The notes below the pieces were generated by a model. It was not told the origin of the DNA. It saw only the letters and a list, made by a program, of their open reading frames with translations, and ran no database searches. A stretch of 64,000 nt of DNA from positions 14,942,001-15,006,000 of the forward strand of contig CM022674.1 in the NCBI GenBank assembly GCA_012295275.1. The letters are read 5' to 3'. The translations under genes were made by a program, and so were the position numbers. The stretch comes from Chrysomallon squamiferum. Lineage: Eukaryota; Animalia; Mollusca. Below, piece by piece: positions 1 to 24,855 of the stretch; position 1 is the stretch's first letter; each line of letters starts with the position of its first letter.

Positions 1-151
1 TCATAATAGTATATATAACATACCGATAATTGTATTAAGAATAAAATTTAATTATATATGTATACTGGACATATGCTTTTATATATGTGGGTAAGTATAT
101 GTTTAAAGAGAGAGCGATAGATAGATAGAGAGAGAAAGAGAGAGAGAGAGA

Positions 152-251
<100 letters not shown>

Positions 252-266
252 CAGAGAGAGAGATAC

Positions 267-407
<141 letters not shown>

Positions 408-409
408 AC

Positions 410-2635
<2,226 letters not shown>

Positions 2636-2685
2636 GTCTACCTTTTCACCGTTGACGCACTGTTCACTGTCTGATATTTAGATAT

Positions 2686-2710
2686 CTTATAAAGTCACAC
2701 TTTCTTCCTG
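2686..2710 (-). promoter_or_regulatory. Candidate core promoter of class A genes (CAGGAAG ETS-like site followed by TTTATAA TATA-like box)
   Basis: The minus strand reads caggaagaaagtgtgactttataag about 50-75 nt upstream of the ATG and is retained in all four A copies. Retention could simply reflect recent duplication. Confidence 0.3.
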
Positions 2711-4212
2711 GTCTTTCAACATTCAGTATTACTCAATTTGTTGAAACACAACAGACTAATCTTTTTAATATTAGTGTACCTACAATCTAGATACATTTAC
2801 AGCTGATAGACATTTTGACAATTTTTTTAAGGAGTATATATACATGTATATACTAGTATATGTATCTTTAACTGTTTTGTATACACTTCCGAAGTACGAC
2901 CATAAAAGGAGCTATATTGAAAAAGAAAAATAACAACAACAAATTCCGAGTGAAAATCCGGTTTTACACTGTTATAAGGATTAAAAATAATTTGTGCTTT
3001 TTTTCTCTTCTCTAATAATCCTTTTCTCATTTTCGCCTTTTCTTTGTTGTTATAAACCAGTTACAGGACAGTGTTGAGAGAAATGGTGGGTCAGATTATA
3101 TATTTCAAACTGTACGCGTATAAACTTATATAAATACAGAAAGGATGTGTATGAATATTAAATGGATATTAACAACACACACACGCACGCACACATACAT
3201 ATGTAAATAGAGACAGACATACACACATACAGATATTATTACTTACGTACAGACATATAAATAGGCATAAAATATCGCAAGAGAAAAGGAGGAAGAAGAA
3301 AAAGATCATACAGTGTTGAACGTAAAAGTTCGTCCCACTTTCTGTGACTGACATATTAATATATTATTACACACAATCAGCTTTACACTGGCCACACAAA
3401 TATACGAAGCCACAACACAAAGAAATCACCAGTCAAACATTGTAAATGTTATAGTTGAGAATATTCAGAAAGAACTTCCTAGCTGAAGTAAACTACTTGC
3501 TCACAAAGCGTAAATAAAAACTGAGGTGTGAGATCTTTGAAAAGATGAGATTTGCAGGCTTAAGAAAATGATTATATAATAGTAGAAGTAGTAGTAGTAA
3601 TAGTAGTAGTAGTAATATTGCTGGCACAAGTAGTTCTATTAGTACTATTACTAAAACTACTACTATATACTAATGGTAATGATGATGATGATTATGATGA
3701 TGATGACGACGATAATTATAATAATGATGATGATGATAGAAAAGAATAGTGAATATATTTGTTTATCTAAACCTGCATTTCAGCGTGTTATTATTAACAA
3801 TACTATGTAAGCATGTATATTTGTGTATTGTTAATATTTTTCTATTAAGTTTTCTCGGTCAAACTTAAGTTCTTTTTGACATCTCAAAAGTAAACATGCC
3901 CAGAAGAAAAGCGGATCTGCAGTAAAAAAAATGCACGAGTCCTTTTTATTTGACACTTTGGACAAAACACAAAACAGCGAAAAAATCAACAACAAAAAAA
4001 AAAAGCAGGAAAGAGAGATCTTGGAATATTATTTGTAATACATATAACTGATTTCTGTCTGAATATTTCGACTTTATCATGCAAATCTATGAAAGACACG
4101 ATCCACCAAGGTTGTTTTATACTGGGCCTTTCGAAATAAGCTGGATAAATCTTATAACTTAAGACACTACTAAGCAGTACTTTTTTCTTTTGTTTCTATT
4201 CTTTTTATTCAA

Positions 4213-4269
<57 letters not shown>

Positions 4270-4782
4270 AATAAATAAATATATAAATAAACATTTACTT
4301 ATAAACTTACCGCTCACGATACTAGTGGATTCACGCTTATTGATTCTGTTGTCGCCATTATTTTGTTCGTACCAACACTACCTCATTTTTTTATTGGTTG
4401 TAAAACAAGAGATCAGAAGTACCTTGGTTGTTCTCTTTGTTTGTATTTCGTTCCGCTGTTAAGACAGAGACGTCACTTTGTCGACGTGATAACAGTTGTT
4501 TTCTATTTGACGTTTCAACGAACGATAGGTAGTTCTAGGTGTAATTTAGAGTGAATCACTTCTTCATATATATGTATATACATACAATGAAAACCCTCTA
4601 TCAGTACAAATGTTGTTCAGTAAGTATGATTAATTCTTAATTGTCCAGAGGTATTTCATTATTCCAGTTGAAAAAATTAATTTTGTACAATAATAGTGAT
4701 AATAATATAATGATGATAATAATAATAATAATAATAATTAGTATTAGTATTAGTATTAGTATTATTATTATAAGTAGTAGTA

Positions 4783-4824
<42 letters not shown>

Positions 4825-5403
4825 TGGTTGTTTTTGTTCTTGTTCTATGTATGTGTGTAAGGATATGTATGAGTGTAATATTTACAGATAGAATACTTTT
4901 TAAAGTAATAAAGAAAGATAGAACAACATAAAGATAAATTAAACATAATTTAATATCTACAAATAAATAAACACAGCTTTCATTTACAATATTTATTTTA
5001 ACTGTGATGTCACAGAGATGTTTTATGTTATACGTTACTTAGCGACTGATCTCCTACACCAAATTACGTTCACCTTTATAATAATCATAATTACGTCATA
5101 ATCACTGGACGTAAGTTAGAGGTTTCTGTCTCAGAACAGGAGAAACATATTAATCATAGTCAAACGAAATATAAAACTGAGATATAATTATAAACTAAAA
5201 CAGAACCTTTCTTTGTCAGCATCATAATTATTCTTTACACTAGAAATAACAGCAAAATATTCGTACGAAATGTACAGTATAAACAAAGTAGAGGAAATAA
5301 CATTAACATCTAATAATAACACAGTGAAAACATCTTTACTCGATCTTTAATTAAAATATGTGTTTATTACTGACGTCATGATGGTTATACAGGTCAAAGA
5401 CGT

Positions 5404-6421
5404 CTACGTAGTTCCACTGATGTGTAAGTAAACGTGACTATCGTCGACTCTTGAAGATGAGTTGTAACGTGAAGTATCGTTATTTTGCAAATGGTCGTAG
5501 TTTCTTTCTTGGTTGTCGTGAGGCTGCTGTAGGTGTAGATAGACGTTGCCGTCACTGTCACTTTGGGGTGTGTTCACGTACTGCACAGCGTCATGTTGTA
5601 AATGTTCATAGTTGTCGTTGCTGATGTTAGAAGTTACGTTTTGTTCTGAATCAAGCTGACGTCCAGTGACTTGTTGATGTTGATCGTTGTTCACGTCATT
5701 TGTTGTATTGTTTTCTCTCTGTTTGTGTTTTCTTCTCCTTCTGCAATAACAACAACAGCAGCAGCAACAACAATAATAATATAGAGGAAAAACACAACAC
5801 AATGAGCAACGACAACGGCAACAACGGAATAACGATAACAAAAAGAACAAATAACAACAACAAGAACAGTACTAGTAGTAATAGTAGTAGTAGTATATTA
5901 GTAGTAATAACAATAATAATAGTATCGGTAATAATAACCACTGTTGCTACTTTTACTATGACCACTACGTCTTTCGCTAGTAATATTGTTTCTACTAAAG
6001 GTACTACACTGAAAAAATTGTTCTTGAAGTGATAGCGCAAAACTGATTATGGACGTAGTCGTGTGTGAATTTTTGATTTCAAGCTACTAAATTATTTTGT
6101 GGATTTAAATTTGTTACCTTGAATAGATGATAGCAACGGCAGATACCACGACAAGTATTAATAAAGTGCCAAAACCACCAACTACAGCAGCAACTGATAG
6201 TAATAACAGTAATACCTATATTAGTAGTAGTAGTGGTAGAAGTAGTAGCATCACTACTAGTAGTAGTAACCATAACAACAGTAAGGAAAGAGCGAATGTC
6301 CTGATACTTTTATAAATAATTTTAAGTTTATTAGAAAAGACATAAAAAAATAAGTTAAGTTCATTAAAACAAAAATCATGTAAATAATGTGCATATATAT
6401 GTGTTTGTATATGCATGTGCG

Positions 6422-6453
<32 letters not shown>

Positions 6454-8140
6454 TGTATGTATGTATATATGAATGTATGTATGTATCGATATACGTGTAC
6501 ATGTTTATAACATATTTTTTATAAGTAAATGAGTTCATACTTTTATTTCATCAGTATAACGACTCCACATCTCTAATAAAACATAAGAAAATTATTTAGT
6601 ACCTGGGAAAGATTCTTGCTCGGAAAGTAGTTTTGTTATTTGTTGAGTTGTTATCTTTTGTGAACTATTTCGCTGATGCTGTTGTTTGAGATGTGGTAGC
6701 TTTGCTTGGTGAATAACACTGGATCCTCATAATACCTGTAAAGGTAAAAAAGGTAAAACTAATAAAATAATAAGAGAAACACAATAACTGAAATTGAAGT
6801 TGAGACTCGATATTTCTAGGCTGGTGAGCTTCAATTCTAACATTGCCCAACACCTCGCCTACAGATGCAACATCTGTTAAACTAGTAACAACTTACTTTT
6901 ATTAATAGTTTTGCTATGATTATATAAATTCTTCTAGTATTGCAACAGGAACATTAACAGTTATTACTACTATTTTGAACATTATCATTTATTAGTACCT
7001 GAGTTCTCTGTGTTATAGAAGACAACACAGTAATTGATATTGAAGCTTGGATTAGATGTTTCTAGACTGATATTAAATCTTGTACTGTCCACGTATCTAC
7101 TATATGCTTGTTTTGTCTGACTTGTTGTTTTGCAGGTAAAATTGAAAGGATTTTCATGATTAAACAATAATATTGAACCACAGGTTTTTTCAGGTATTCT
7201 ATTACAGTCAATTGTTATTACGTATCCTGGTGTTCTAGTGACAGAGCAGATACAGTTTGTTGTTATATTGGCTGGTACAAAGACATCAAGATAAACTCGT
7301 TCATTTCCACTGATGACTCCATCATTACACATGTCTATTACTGAAAAACAAAATTAAAATGAAAGTTTAAACCATTTGGCCATAAATATACAAAAAAAGC
7401 CCTCACCCAGCCACAACTACAACTACCACACCACCACTACAACTACTACTGATACTCCTTACGCTTCTGCTAATATCATCCACTAGTATCATAACTACTA
7501 CTACAACTATTACTATTACTTGTACTATTATTACTGCTACTGTTGTTGCTGCTACTACTATTAGTACAATTACTATCACTCCTATCACTACTACTACTGC
7601 TATAACTACTACTATTTTTACTACCACTACAACCACGACCATCCCACGATTACTTTAACAACAACATCTACTACTCCACCACATCCACCATTTCTGCTCT
7701 ACTACTAATAATACTAAAATTAAAAATAAAAATTATAAGTTATAATGAAAATAATAATAAAAAAGGTTTATTAGAAACATTAATCCGAACTAAAGATTAC
7801 TCCCGCTACATACCTGGGTAGTTTTCAGTCCATTCTTTTTTACAAGTCATATTAGCTAAAATTAAAACGAATAAAAAGAAAATATATAACCTGTTATAAT
7901 AAAGACAACAATTAATTATTTCTGTTTGTTCTTGTTTAAGTGTGACCCTTTGTCTGTTTGTACATCACTCTGGCAGCGTAGATAAAACGTGTATCAACGA
8001 TTATCAACACGTACATACCTCTGTGAGTGTGTGCGTGTGAACGTGTGGTTGTTTATTCTGTCTGAAGACAAGATAGACTCTGCCTTATATTGAATTATTT
8101 TCATTCCTATTTCTGTATTTTTCTTTTTAAATAAATGTGT

Positions 8141-8237
<97 letters not shown>

Positions 8238-8400
8238 CACTCTCTCTCTCTCTCAATCACTCTCTCACTCTCTTTTCCCCATTCTAATAAATTAAATATA
8301 ATTTATTTTGTTAGCATGCCGATATATCATTTTACCCACCTTCTAGGCCATAAGACACAATAGTTAATATAACACACAATATCAACACTTTCAAAAACAT
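5404..8400 (-). pseudogene. Receptor B1: class B ectodomain, T1 tail; stalk exon has a frameshifting deletion with premature TAG (pseudogene or secreted form)
   Basis: Exons 8400-8340 (MFLKVLILCVILTIVSYGLE), 7855-7814 (ANMTCKKEWTENYP), 7340-6999 (VIDMCNDG...YCVVFYNTENS), 6735-6603 (133 nt vs 192-195 in B2/B4/B5; TAG at 6667-6665), 6193-6118 (TM VAAVVGGFGTLLILVVVSAVAIIYSR), 5740-5404 (tail NYEHL, QYVNT, VYLHL, NYDHL, VYLHI). Confidence 0.8.
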
Positions 8401-8808
8401 GTTAATTCCGCCGTCCTTCTTATTAAAACTACAACAAATAGTTTTACATAATTCCATGAAAAGCATAGCGTCAAAAAAGTTAATAGAATAAGTAAAGAAA
8501 AATAACATGAATACTAAGAAATTTCACACAATAGAAAATAAAATACAATCAGCTTCATTTTTGTGAAACGGTTTTAAGCTACCGGGTTACGCATGAATAC
8601 ACGTAAATGGTAAAAGAGTAATTCGTCTCGGGTAGAATAACCCGGGTATTCATAGTGTTATAATAGAACCAGCAGTCAGATTGTTTTATTTATTTATTTT
8701 TGGAGGGGTTAACTTGTGGTAGATTTTACACTCAAAGAAAATTGTTCTTGTTGTTGTGTTCAGATTAACAAGGAAGGACAATCTTCTTTGTAAAATGTAT
8801 GTGTGTCT

Positions 8809-8884
<76 letters not shown>

Positions 8885-9241
8885 AATAAATAAAAAATAC
8901 AGCGCACATTCTTGACGCTAGTAGATTTACGATGTGATTTAACAGATGAAAATTAACACATTTCAAAACCGGTTATACCTGATACCTAATCTACCTCATC
9001 TTTTATATTCTTATTACTTTTTCACTTTTATTTTTTTTTGCCATTGAGAAATCCTGGATGAGAAATATGTCGATTATTACCTTCGCTACTGGTGCGTTAC
9101 GACGTTATAACTGCGACGTAATTTAGTCGACGTCATGCAACTGTTTTAGCTTTGACGTGTGAGACATTTTACAGAATCGATACATCCCTATTACGGGTTT
9201 ATATTATGTCGGGTATATTGTTTCAGCTGCAATAGATCATA

Positions 9242-9288
<47 letters not shown>

Positions 9289-9298
9289 AGTATGTGTG

Positions 9299-9340
<42 letters not shown>

Positions 9341-9341
<1 letters not shown>

Positions 9342-10025
9342 TGTGGTACCTTGAATTACGAGTTTAATTCGTTCCGTAACCGAGCTCGTATCTGAATTTG
9401 TTCGTATATTAAATCAGTTTTCCCAACTGAAATTAACTAAAATACCATTAATCCGTTCTAGCCCCCAAAAATTCATCCTTTTGTTGTTGTTTTTTTTTTT
9501 TTTTTTTTTTGTAACATATTTTTAAATAACAAAAATGTATTTATAAATGGTAAATATTGTATTAAAAACAAAATAAAAGGGAATATAAAAAAATAAATTG
9601 GTATTGTAAAGTGTATTTATCTTGGACATCAGAAAAATTATTTTAACGCCTTTGGCTGGAGATACAGCCTTTATCGGCTCCTTCTGCTTCAGTATGGTAC
9701 CACGCTCGCACTGCCTAGTCAAGTCGACTACTTGCACACCTCACTCATGTTTTTCTGTGAATTCATGCTTTAATTAAATGGACAGAATCCGCGTCTTCTT
9801 TTCAGCACTGAGCTTTGCACTCACTTTCTTAGGATCCATGGTCAGAAAAAAGAAATTTGTCAAAATATTGCACAAAACGCGAACACAACACACTAAGGTG
9901 ATTCCGCGCGAGGTCACCTCGTGAAGTAAACGAGTGAGACGCGCGATGCTCGGCGGATGGTGCGTTGTTCGTTGAGCCAACTAGCGGCAGCGTATCTGAA
10001 GCTCGCTCGTAACTCGGATTTTTTA
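9341..10025 (-). mobile_element. Tigger/pogo-family (Tc1/mariner superfamily) DNA transposon relic
   Basis: Starts TA-ctgtggtaccttgaattacgagtttaattcgttcc, a Tigger-like terminus after a (TA)n run. The minus strand encodes a degenerate transposase N-terminus MDPKKVSAKLSAEKKTRILSI...VVDLTRQ...TILKQKEPIKAVSPAKGVKII (CENP-B/psq-type HTH start). The other end is truncated. Confidence 0.75.
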
Positions 10026-10602
10026 GTAGAGTTTTTCTTTTTCTAGTAAAAAATCAAATTCATTTCAATTTATACATTAAAAAAAAAAAAGTAAATAAAT
10101 AATCGAAATAAAAATAAAAGGAATGAAGATTCAGATTTCTTATTTGGAGTAAGTGCATGTGAACAGTGGATATTATTTTAAACAATTACTTAGCAGCTGG
10201 GTGACCCTTCTCCATTCTTCATCTTAGAAGCAGAAACAACAAACTATTCAAAAATGTATTATTTAAATATCTGAATTTTTTATAATGCTTTCAAAAAGTC
10301 TTATTAATCTCACTTTGTTGATTTTACAGTTTATCCATGACACCAGGTTTAGACATTATGTCTGTGCAAATAAATAAATAAATAAATAAACAAATAAATA
10401 AATAAATAAATACATAAATAAATAAATAAACAAATATATAAATAAAAAGTATTTGAAACAGTAATGGAAATGAAGTAACCGATCTTTTCACTACCAAGCT
10501 AACACCTTGAACTTTTCAAAATAAATCTTTACGAGAGATCAAACGTCTGACACACATAGGTAAACTGTAGAAAATGTCAGTCTAACTCAGAGACAAGCTC
10601 TG

Positions 10603-14964
<4,362 letters not shown>

Positions 14965-16611
14965 GGATTTCATACTGCGACATGTCTACCTTTTCGCCGT
15001 TAACGCAGTGTTCACTGTCTGATATTTAGATATCTTATAAAGTCACACCTTCTTCCTGGTCTTTCAACATTCAGTATTACTTAATTTGTTGAAACACAAC
15101 AGACTAATCTTTTTAATATTAGTGTACCTACAATCTAGATACATATACAGCTGATAGACGTTTTGACAATTTTTTGAAGGAGTATATATATTTGTATATA
15201 CTAGTATATGTATCTTTGACTGTTTTGTATACACTTCCGAAGTGCGACAATAAAAGGAGCTATATTGAAAAAGAAAAATAACAACAACAAATTCCGAGTG
15301 AAAATCCGGTTTTACACTGTTATAAGGATTAAAATATTTTGTGCTTTTTTTCTCTTCTCTAATAATCCTTTTCTCCTTTTCGCCTTTTCTTTGTTGTTAT
15401 AAACCAGTTACAGGAGAGTGTTGAGACAAATGGTGGGTCAGATAAAATATTTCAAACTGTACGCGTATAAAATTATATAAATACAGAAAGGGTCTGTATG
15501 AATATTCAATGGATATTAACAACACACACACGCACGCATACATACATATGTAAATAGAGACAGAAATACATACATACAGATATTATTACTTACGTACAGA
15601 CATATAAATATGCATAAAATATCGCAAGAGAAAAGGAGGAAGAAGAAAAAGATCATACAGTGTTGAATGTAAAAGTTCGTCCCACTTTCTGTGAGTGACA
15701 TATTAATATGTTATTACACACAATCAGCTTTACACTGGTCACACAAATACACGAAGCCACAGCACAAATAAATCACCAGCCAAACATTATAAATTTGTAG
15801 TTGAGAATATTCAGGAAGAACTTCCTAGTTGAAGTAAACTACTTGCTCACAAAGCGTAAATAAAAACTGAGGTGTGAGATCTTTGAAAAGATGAGATTTG
15901 CAGGCTGAAAAAAATAATTATGTAATAGTAGAAGTAGTAGTAGTAATTGTAGTAGTAGTAGTACTGCTGGCACAAGTAGATCTATTATTACTATTACTAA
16001 AACTACTACTATATAGTAATGCTAATGATGATGATGACGACGATAATGATAATAATGTCTATGATGACAGAAAAGAAAAGTGAATATATTTGGCATTCCA
16101 TGTTTGTGTCTTTCTGTTTGTGTAAACCTGCATTTCAGCGTGTTATTATTAACAATACTCTATAAGGATGTATATTTGTGTATTGTTAATATTTTTCTCT
16201 TAAGTTTTCTCGGTCAAACTTAAGTTTATTTTGACATACTCAGAAGTCAACTTGCCCAGAACGAAAGCGGATCTGCAGTAAAAAAGTAGATAAGAGACCT
16301 TTTTATTTGAAACTTTGGGCAAAACACAAAACAACTGAAATTATCAGTATCTGTGTTGGCAGAGGGCAAATACAAAAAAAAAAAAAAAAAAAAAAATGAC
16401 AGATATATCTTAGAATAGGACGATGTTCTTTGTAATATACATATAACTGATTTCTGTCTGAATATATCGATTTTATCCTGCAAATCTATGAAAGACACGA
16501 CCCACCAAGGTTGTGTTATATTGGACCGTTCGAAATAAACAGGATAAATCTTATAACTTAAGACACTACTAAACAGTACTTTTTTCTTCTGTTTCTTTTC
16601 TTTTTATTCTA

Positions 16612-16660
<49 letters not shown>

Positions 16661-17088
16661 GTAATAATAATAATAAATACATAAATAACTAAAATAAGTC
16701 ACTTCTCAACTCATCGCTCTCGTCCGTAGCAGACTGACTCTTATTGATTCTGTTGTCGCCATACATCTGTGAGTTAACACACACAAATTAATATTCTTCC
16801 AAAGCCATTATTTTTCTCGTACCTACACTACCTCATTTTGTTATCGGTTGTAAAACAAGAGATCAGAAGTACCTTGGTTATTCCCTTTCTTTTTATTTCG
16901 TTGCGCTCTTAAGACAGTGACGTCATTGTCGAGGTCAAAACAGTTGTTTTATATTTGACGTGTCACCCAACGATAGGTAGCTCTAGGAGTAATTTAGAAT
17001 AAATCACTTCTTCATATATATGTATATATATATATATAACGAAAACCCTCTATCAGTACAAATACTATTCAGTAAGTATCTTTTGTAC

Positions 17089-17120
<32 letters not shown>

Positions 17121-17124
17121 TCAT

Positions 17125-17166
<42 letters not shown>

Positions 17167-17734
17167 CATTGTTGTTTTTGTTGTTTATGTATCTATATGT
17201 ATAAGTAAACATCTGAGTGTAGTTATATTTACAGAAAGATTACTTTTAAAGTAAAACGGAAAGAAATAACAACATAAACAAAGATAAAATAAACATAATT
17301 TAATATCTAAAAATAAATAAACAGAGCTTTCATTTAGAATGTTTATTTCAACTGTCATGTCACAGAGATGTTTTATGTTATACGCTACTGGTGACATTAC
17401 CGACTGATCTCTTACACCGTATTACGTTCACCTTTAAAATAATCATAATTACGTCATAATCACTGGACGTAAGTTAGCGGTTTCTGTCTCAGAACATGAG
17501 AAACATATTAATCATAGTCAAACGAAATATAAAACTGAGATATAATTATAAACTAAAACAGAACCTTTCTTTGTCAGCATCATAATTATTTTTTACACTA
17601 GAAATAACAGGAAAATCTTCGTGGGAAATGTACACTATAAACGAAGTAGAGGAAATAGCATTAACATCTAATAATAACATAGTGAAAACATCTTTCCTCG
17701 ATGTTTAATTATAATGTGTGTTTATAACTCACGT

Positions 17735-20879
<3,145 letters not shown>

Positions 20880-21407
20880 TTTAATTCCGCCGTCTCTCTG
20901 TTTAAAATAAGAAAAATATATCCTTACACATTTCCACCAGCAACCACAACGTCAGGGATGTCGTACACTAAACCACATCGTGTTTTTCCTTATTAGACTA
21001 AGTAATGAAAATAACTAAGACATTATCACAAATAAAAAATAAAATAAAGTTAGCTTCTTTTCTGTTAAGTCGGTTTTAAATACCGGGGTACGCATAAATA
21101 CACGTACATAGTAAAAGAGCAATGTGTCTCGGGTAGAATAACCCGGGTATTCACAATGTAAAAATAGAACCAGTGTAGACAGGTTCTTTATTACTACTAC
21201 CACTATTACTATTATTATAATTATGATTATTATTATTATTATTGTTATTATTATTATTATTATTTTATTTATTTATTTTATTTTATTTTATTTTATTTTA
21301 TTTTACTTTTTGTAATGCTATATCAGATCTCAGACACTGTAAAAACTACTTTCATTTGTTTAGTTCTTGTTGTGGTAAGTTTAACAAGACAGGTTTAATA
21401 GAGCGTA

Positions 21408-21488
<81 letters not shown>

Positions 21489-21554
21489 AATAATGATAGT
21501 AATAATAATAATAACAATAATAATAACAGTAGTAGTAGTAGCAGCAGCAGCGGC

Positions 21555-21594
<40 letters not shown>

Positions 21595-23204
21595 ACCATT
21601 GGTTTGGTTAGCTGTCCAAGAAATAATCATTGATATGTGTTTGAACTAATCATTCTTCACAGTATCTATTTGAAAAAGTAAAACATAGTTGACACCTTGG
21701 TATTAGATAACTAAGCTGGCATATTACTAACAGCCTGTAAGTCTTTAAATAGGTAATATAACATCCGAGTAATCAAACACGATTAAGCAGGGACTTGGTC
21801 TAGCACATGTGACTTTTTTGTAAATCGTTTTCTGATGATAATATTAAACACAACTTTAAGTAGTCTGAACATCCATTAATTCAAAAATAGAATTAAATGG
21901 TGCAAGCTTTCTAGAATTTCCTTAACACCAGTACAAATAAGAGCTAGTTAGTTTTGGATCTGTTTCTCAAGCGTTTTGCTCCATTTTATGATGCGCAACA
22001 GCGTTATGCTGCATTTCTTTCATTTATTATTATTGATACAATTAGCTCTAATAGATAAATGACAACTGACAACCGATTATAGTTTTATATGTATCTTTAA
22101 AAACAGCATGTTTCTGCTTAACAAGAACTGGTTTATCAACTAACTCATCACGTGGTATCAGCTAAGGCTCCTAGTGAAGTGTGTTGATACACCTGACCAA
22201 CTTCTGTTTCTACTGCACCAGGCCAACAAGTGTCACTGCACCAAATCTGCCAACCTTATTGAATATGCCTAAATCCCTCAGCCTCTATTTACACTGTTTG
22301 TGACCAGCTATTCGTCCTGGATTGTGATCAACAACGAATCAACTAACCTTCATCTCCCCGACTCCTAAACCAGCTTGTTTTCTAGGCAGTTTGTCAGCAT
22401 CCTACTGTTAGTACTGTAGTGTGTATGTGTGTCCATTACGTTTATATGTTCACACTGGACACTTCCAGATCGAATGAAAATTGTTGATGATTGGTTCAGA
22501 ATGCCGCTTGTTCAAAGACAAAGTTCGACTGCAGTGAGAAATGTCTTAGTCTAACACTCTTAAATGTGACCTTTTGTTGGTCAAAACATGGGATTGTAAC
22601 ATATCTGTCTGTCTATTTGTATGTAGGCATGTATCTGTGTATATATGCAAAAATACATATAGCAAGAGTACTTTTAAAGTAACAAAATATTTGTTTGTCT
22701 GTTTGTATGTGTAGAAATAAATTAAAGAGATGATAAAACAAACATTATTTGGTATCAGATAAAAAAGAAAAACACCTCTTTCATTTACAATATTTATTTT
22801 AACTGTGACGTCAGAGAAATGGTTTATGTTATACGATAATCTTGACATTAGCGACTGACCCCTTTAGGAATTACGTTCACCTAAGTAATAAAAATAATTA
22901 AATCACAATCACTGGACGTTAGTTATTAATTTCTGTGTCAGAAAATGACAAAGATATTATTCATGGTCAAACGAAACATAAAACGGCGTTTGTTTCAGAG
23001 ATATAATCATAAACTAAAACAGAACCTGTATTTCTCAACAGCATAATCACTGTTTACACCAGAAACTGCAGGAAAATCTTCGTATGAAATGTACAGTATA
23101 AACAAAGTAGAGGAAATAACATTAACATGTGAAAACACCTTTACTAGATTTTTCAATTTTAATGTGTGTTTGACTGACGTTATGGGTTATATAGTCAAAG
23201 ACGT

Positions 23205-24658
23205 CTACGTAGTTCCACTGATGTTTAAGTAAACGTGGCTATCGTCGAAACTTGAAGAAGAATTGTAACGTGAAGTATCTTTATGTTGCAAATGTTCGTA
23301 GTTTCTGTCTTGGTTGTCGTGAGCCTGGTGTATGTGTAGATAGACGTTACCCTCACTGTCGCTTTGTGGTGTGTTCACGTACTGCACAGCGTCATGTTGT
23401 AGGTGTTCATAGTTGTCGTAGCGTTCAGTGCCTTGTTGATGTTGGACGTTGTTTACATCACTTGTTGCATTGTGTTGTCTCTCCCTGCTGTTTTTTCTTC
23501 TCATTCTGCAATAACATAAAAGAAAACAAATCAAGAAAATTAGCAATTACAACGACAACAACAGAGTATAATAACAATAATTACTATTACTACTACTGAA
23601 TTTTCATAAATAAATAAAAAAATAAAAAATAAAAAATTCAGCGAATTTGTATAATTAGCAAATGAAATATAAATGGAACATGTATTTTGTCTTAAATCTA
23701 ATTTTCATATTCTGTTCTTTATATTCGAAAATCCGAAACACTTTCAGACCCAAGCATTTCGGGTAAGGGCTTCTTAACCTGTAATACTGTCACGATGTTA
23801 ACTATCTCTACAACTACTTCTACTCAAAATTTCTGAAAAAATTTGTTACGTCTTGTATTTGAGAATAAGAACAGCAACAACAACAACGCCGACGAACACT
23901 GCTGCGATTAGGACGCTAACAACGATGACAACTGTAAAATAAACCTAAACGTAATTTTATTTAGTTAACGTTTAATAATATTTGACGATATCTCAGCACA
24001 TGAGTTATTGTACACAACTTTCATATAAAATAATGTTAAGTATAAGCTACACCTTCCTGTAAACAGCTGAATTATCAAGAATAGTCCACGACGCTTAAAT
24101 AATAAACAATAGTAAAATTTATGTTATTATTTAACTGACTTGTATACAACTGTGATCCAGAAAGTGTTGCTGGAACCTTTGTTACGTTGATGTTAACTGG
24201 AAGAGGTTGATCGTTTACTACTTTAACCTTACAACGGCACGAAATGTTTGTTTTGGCAGGTACAAAGGCTTCAAGATATAATCCTTTATTCCCGATTTCA
24301 ACTTAATTTTTACACATCTGTACAACTGAAATATAAAAGTAAATTCAAATAGATCAGTTTTGTTTTCCTTGTGCAAAAGGAAAAGCACCATTCGTATCGT
24401 TTGAAACAAAGCATAAGAAATTTGGCATTTCATTATTTAATGCTGTCATTTAATACTTTGAATTTCAATCCTAAGATCCAATCCTTTAATCTGTTATTAC
24501 GTCCATCGAATTAGACCATTTAATTTATACTTTCTTATTTAATTATTTTAATTAAAATATTTTTCACCGTTATTCATCCTTCAAACTACAAAACAAATTT
24601 AATCCTGTTGCTTTATAATTTGTATCACAAGAAACAGCACAGACCTAAAACAGTTCTA

Positions 24659-24729
<71 letters not shown>

Positions 24730-24762
24730 GAGAGACAGACAGAGAGAGAGACAGACAGACAG

Positions 24763-24855
<93 letters not shown>

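Noticed and set aside
3169-3354. Recurrent hydrophobic ORF MSVTESGTNFYVQHCMIFFFFLLFSCDIL (also 15516, 43083, ~61850)
   Set aside because: It recurs only because it lies in the duplicated spacer; it runs into low-complexity repeats and has no matching downstream exons.
9159-9395. Recurrent ORF MRHF..SIHP.YGFILCRVYCFSCNRSYR (also 54387, 56222)
   Set aside because: It has a non-ATG start and spans a microsatellite and the transposon end; recurrence reflects segmental duplication.
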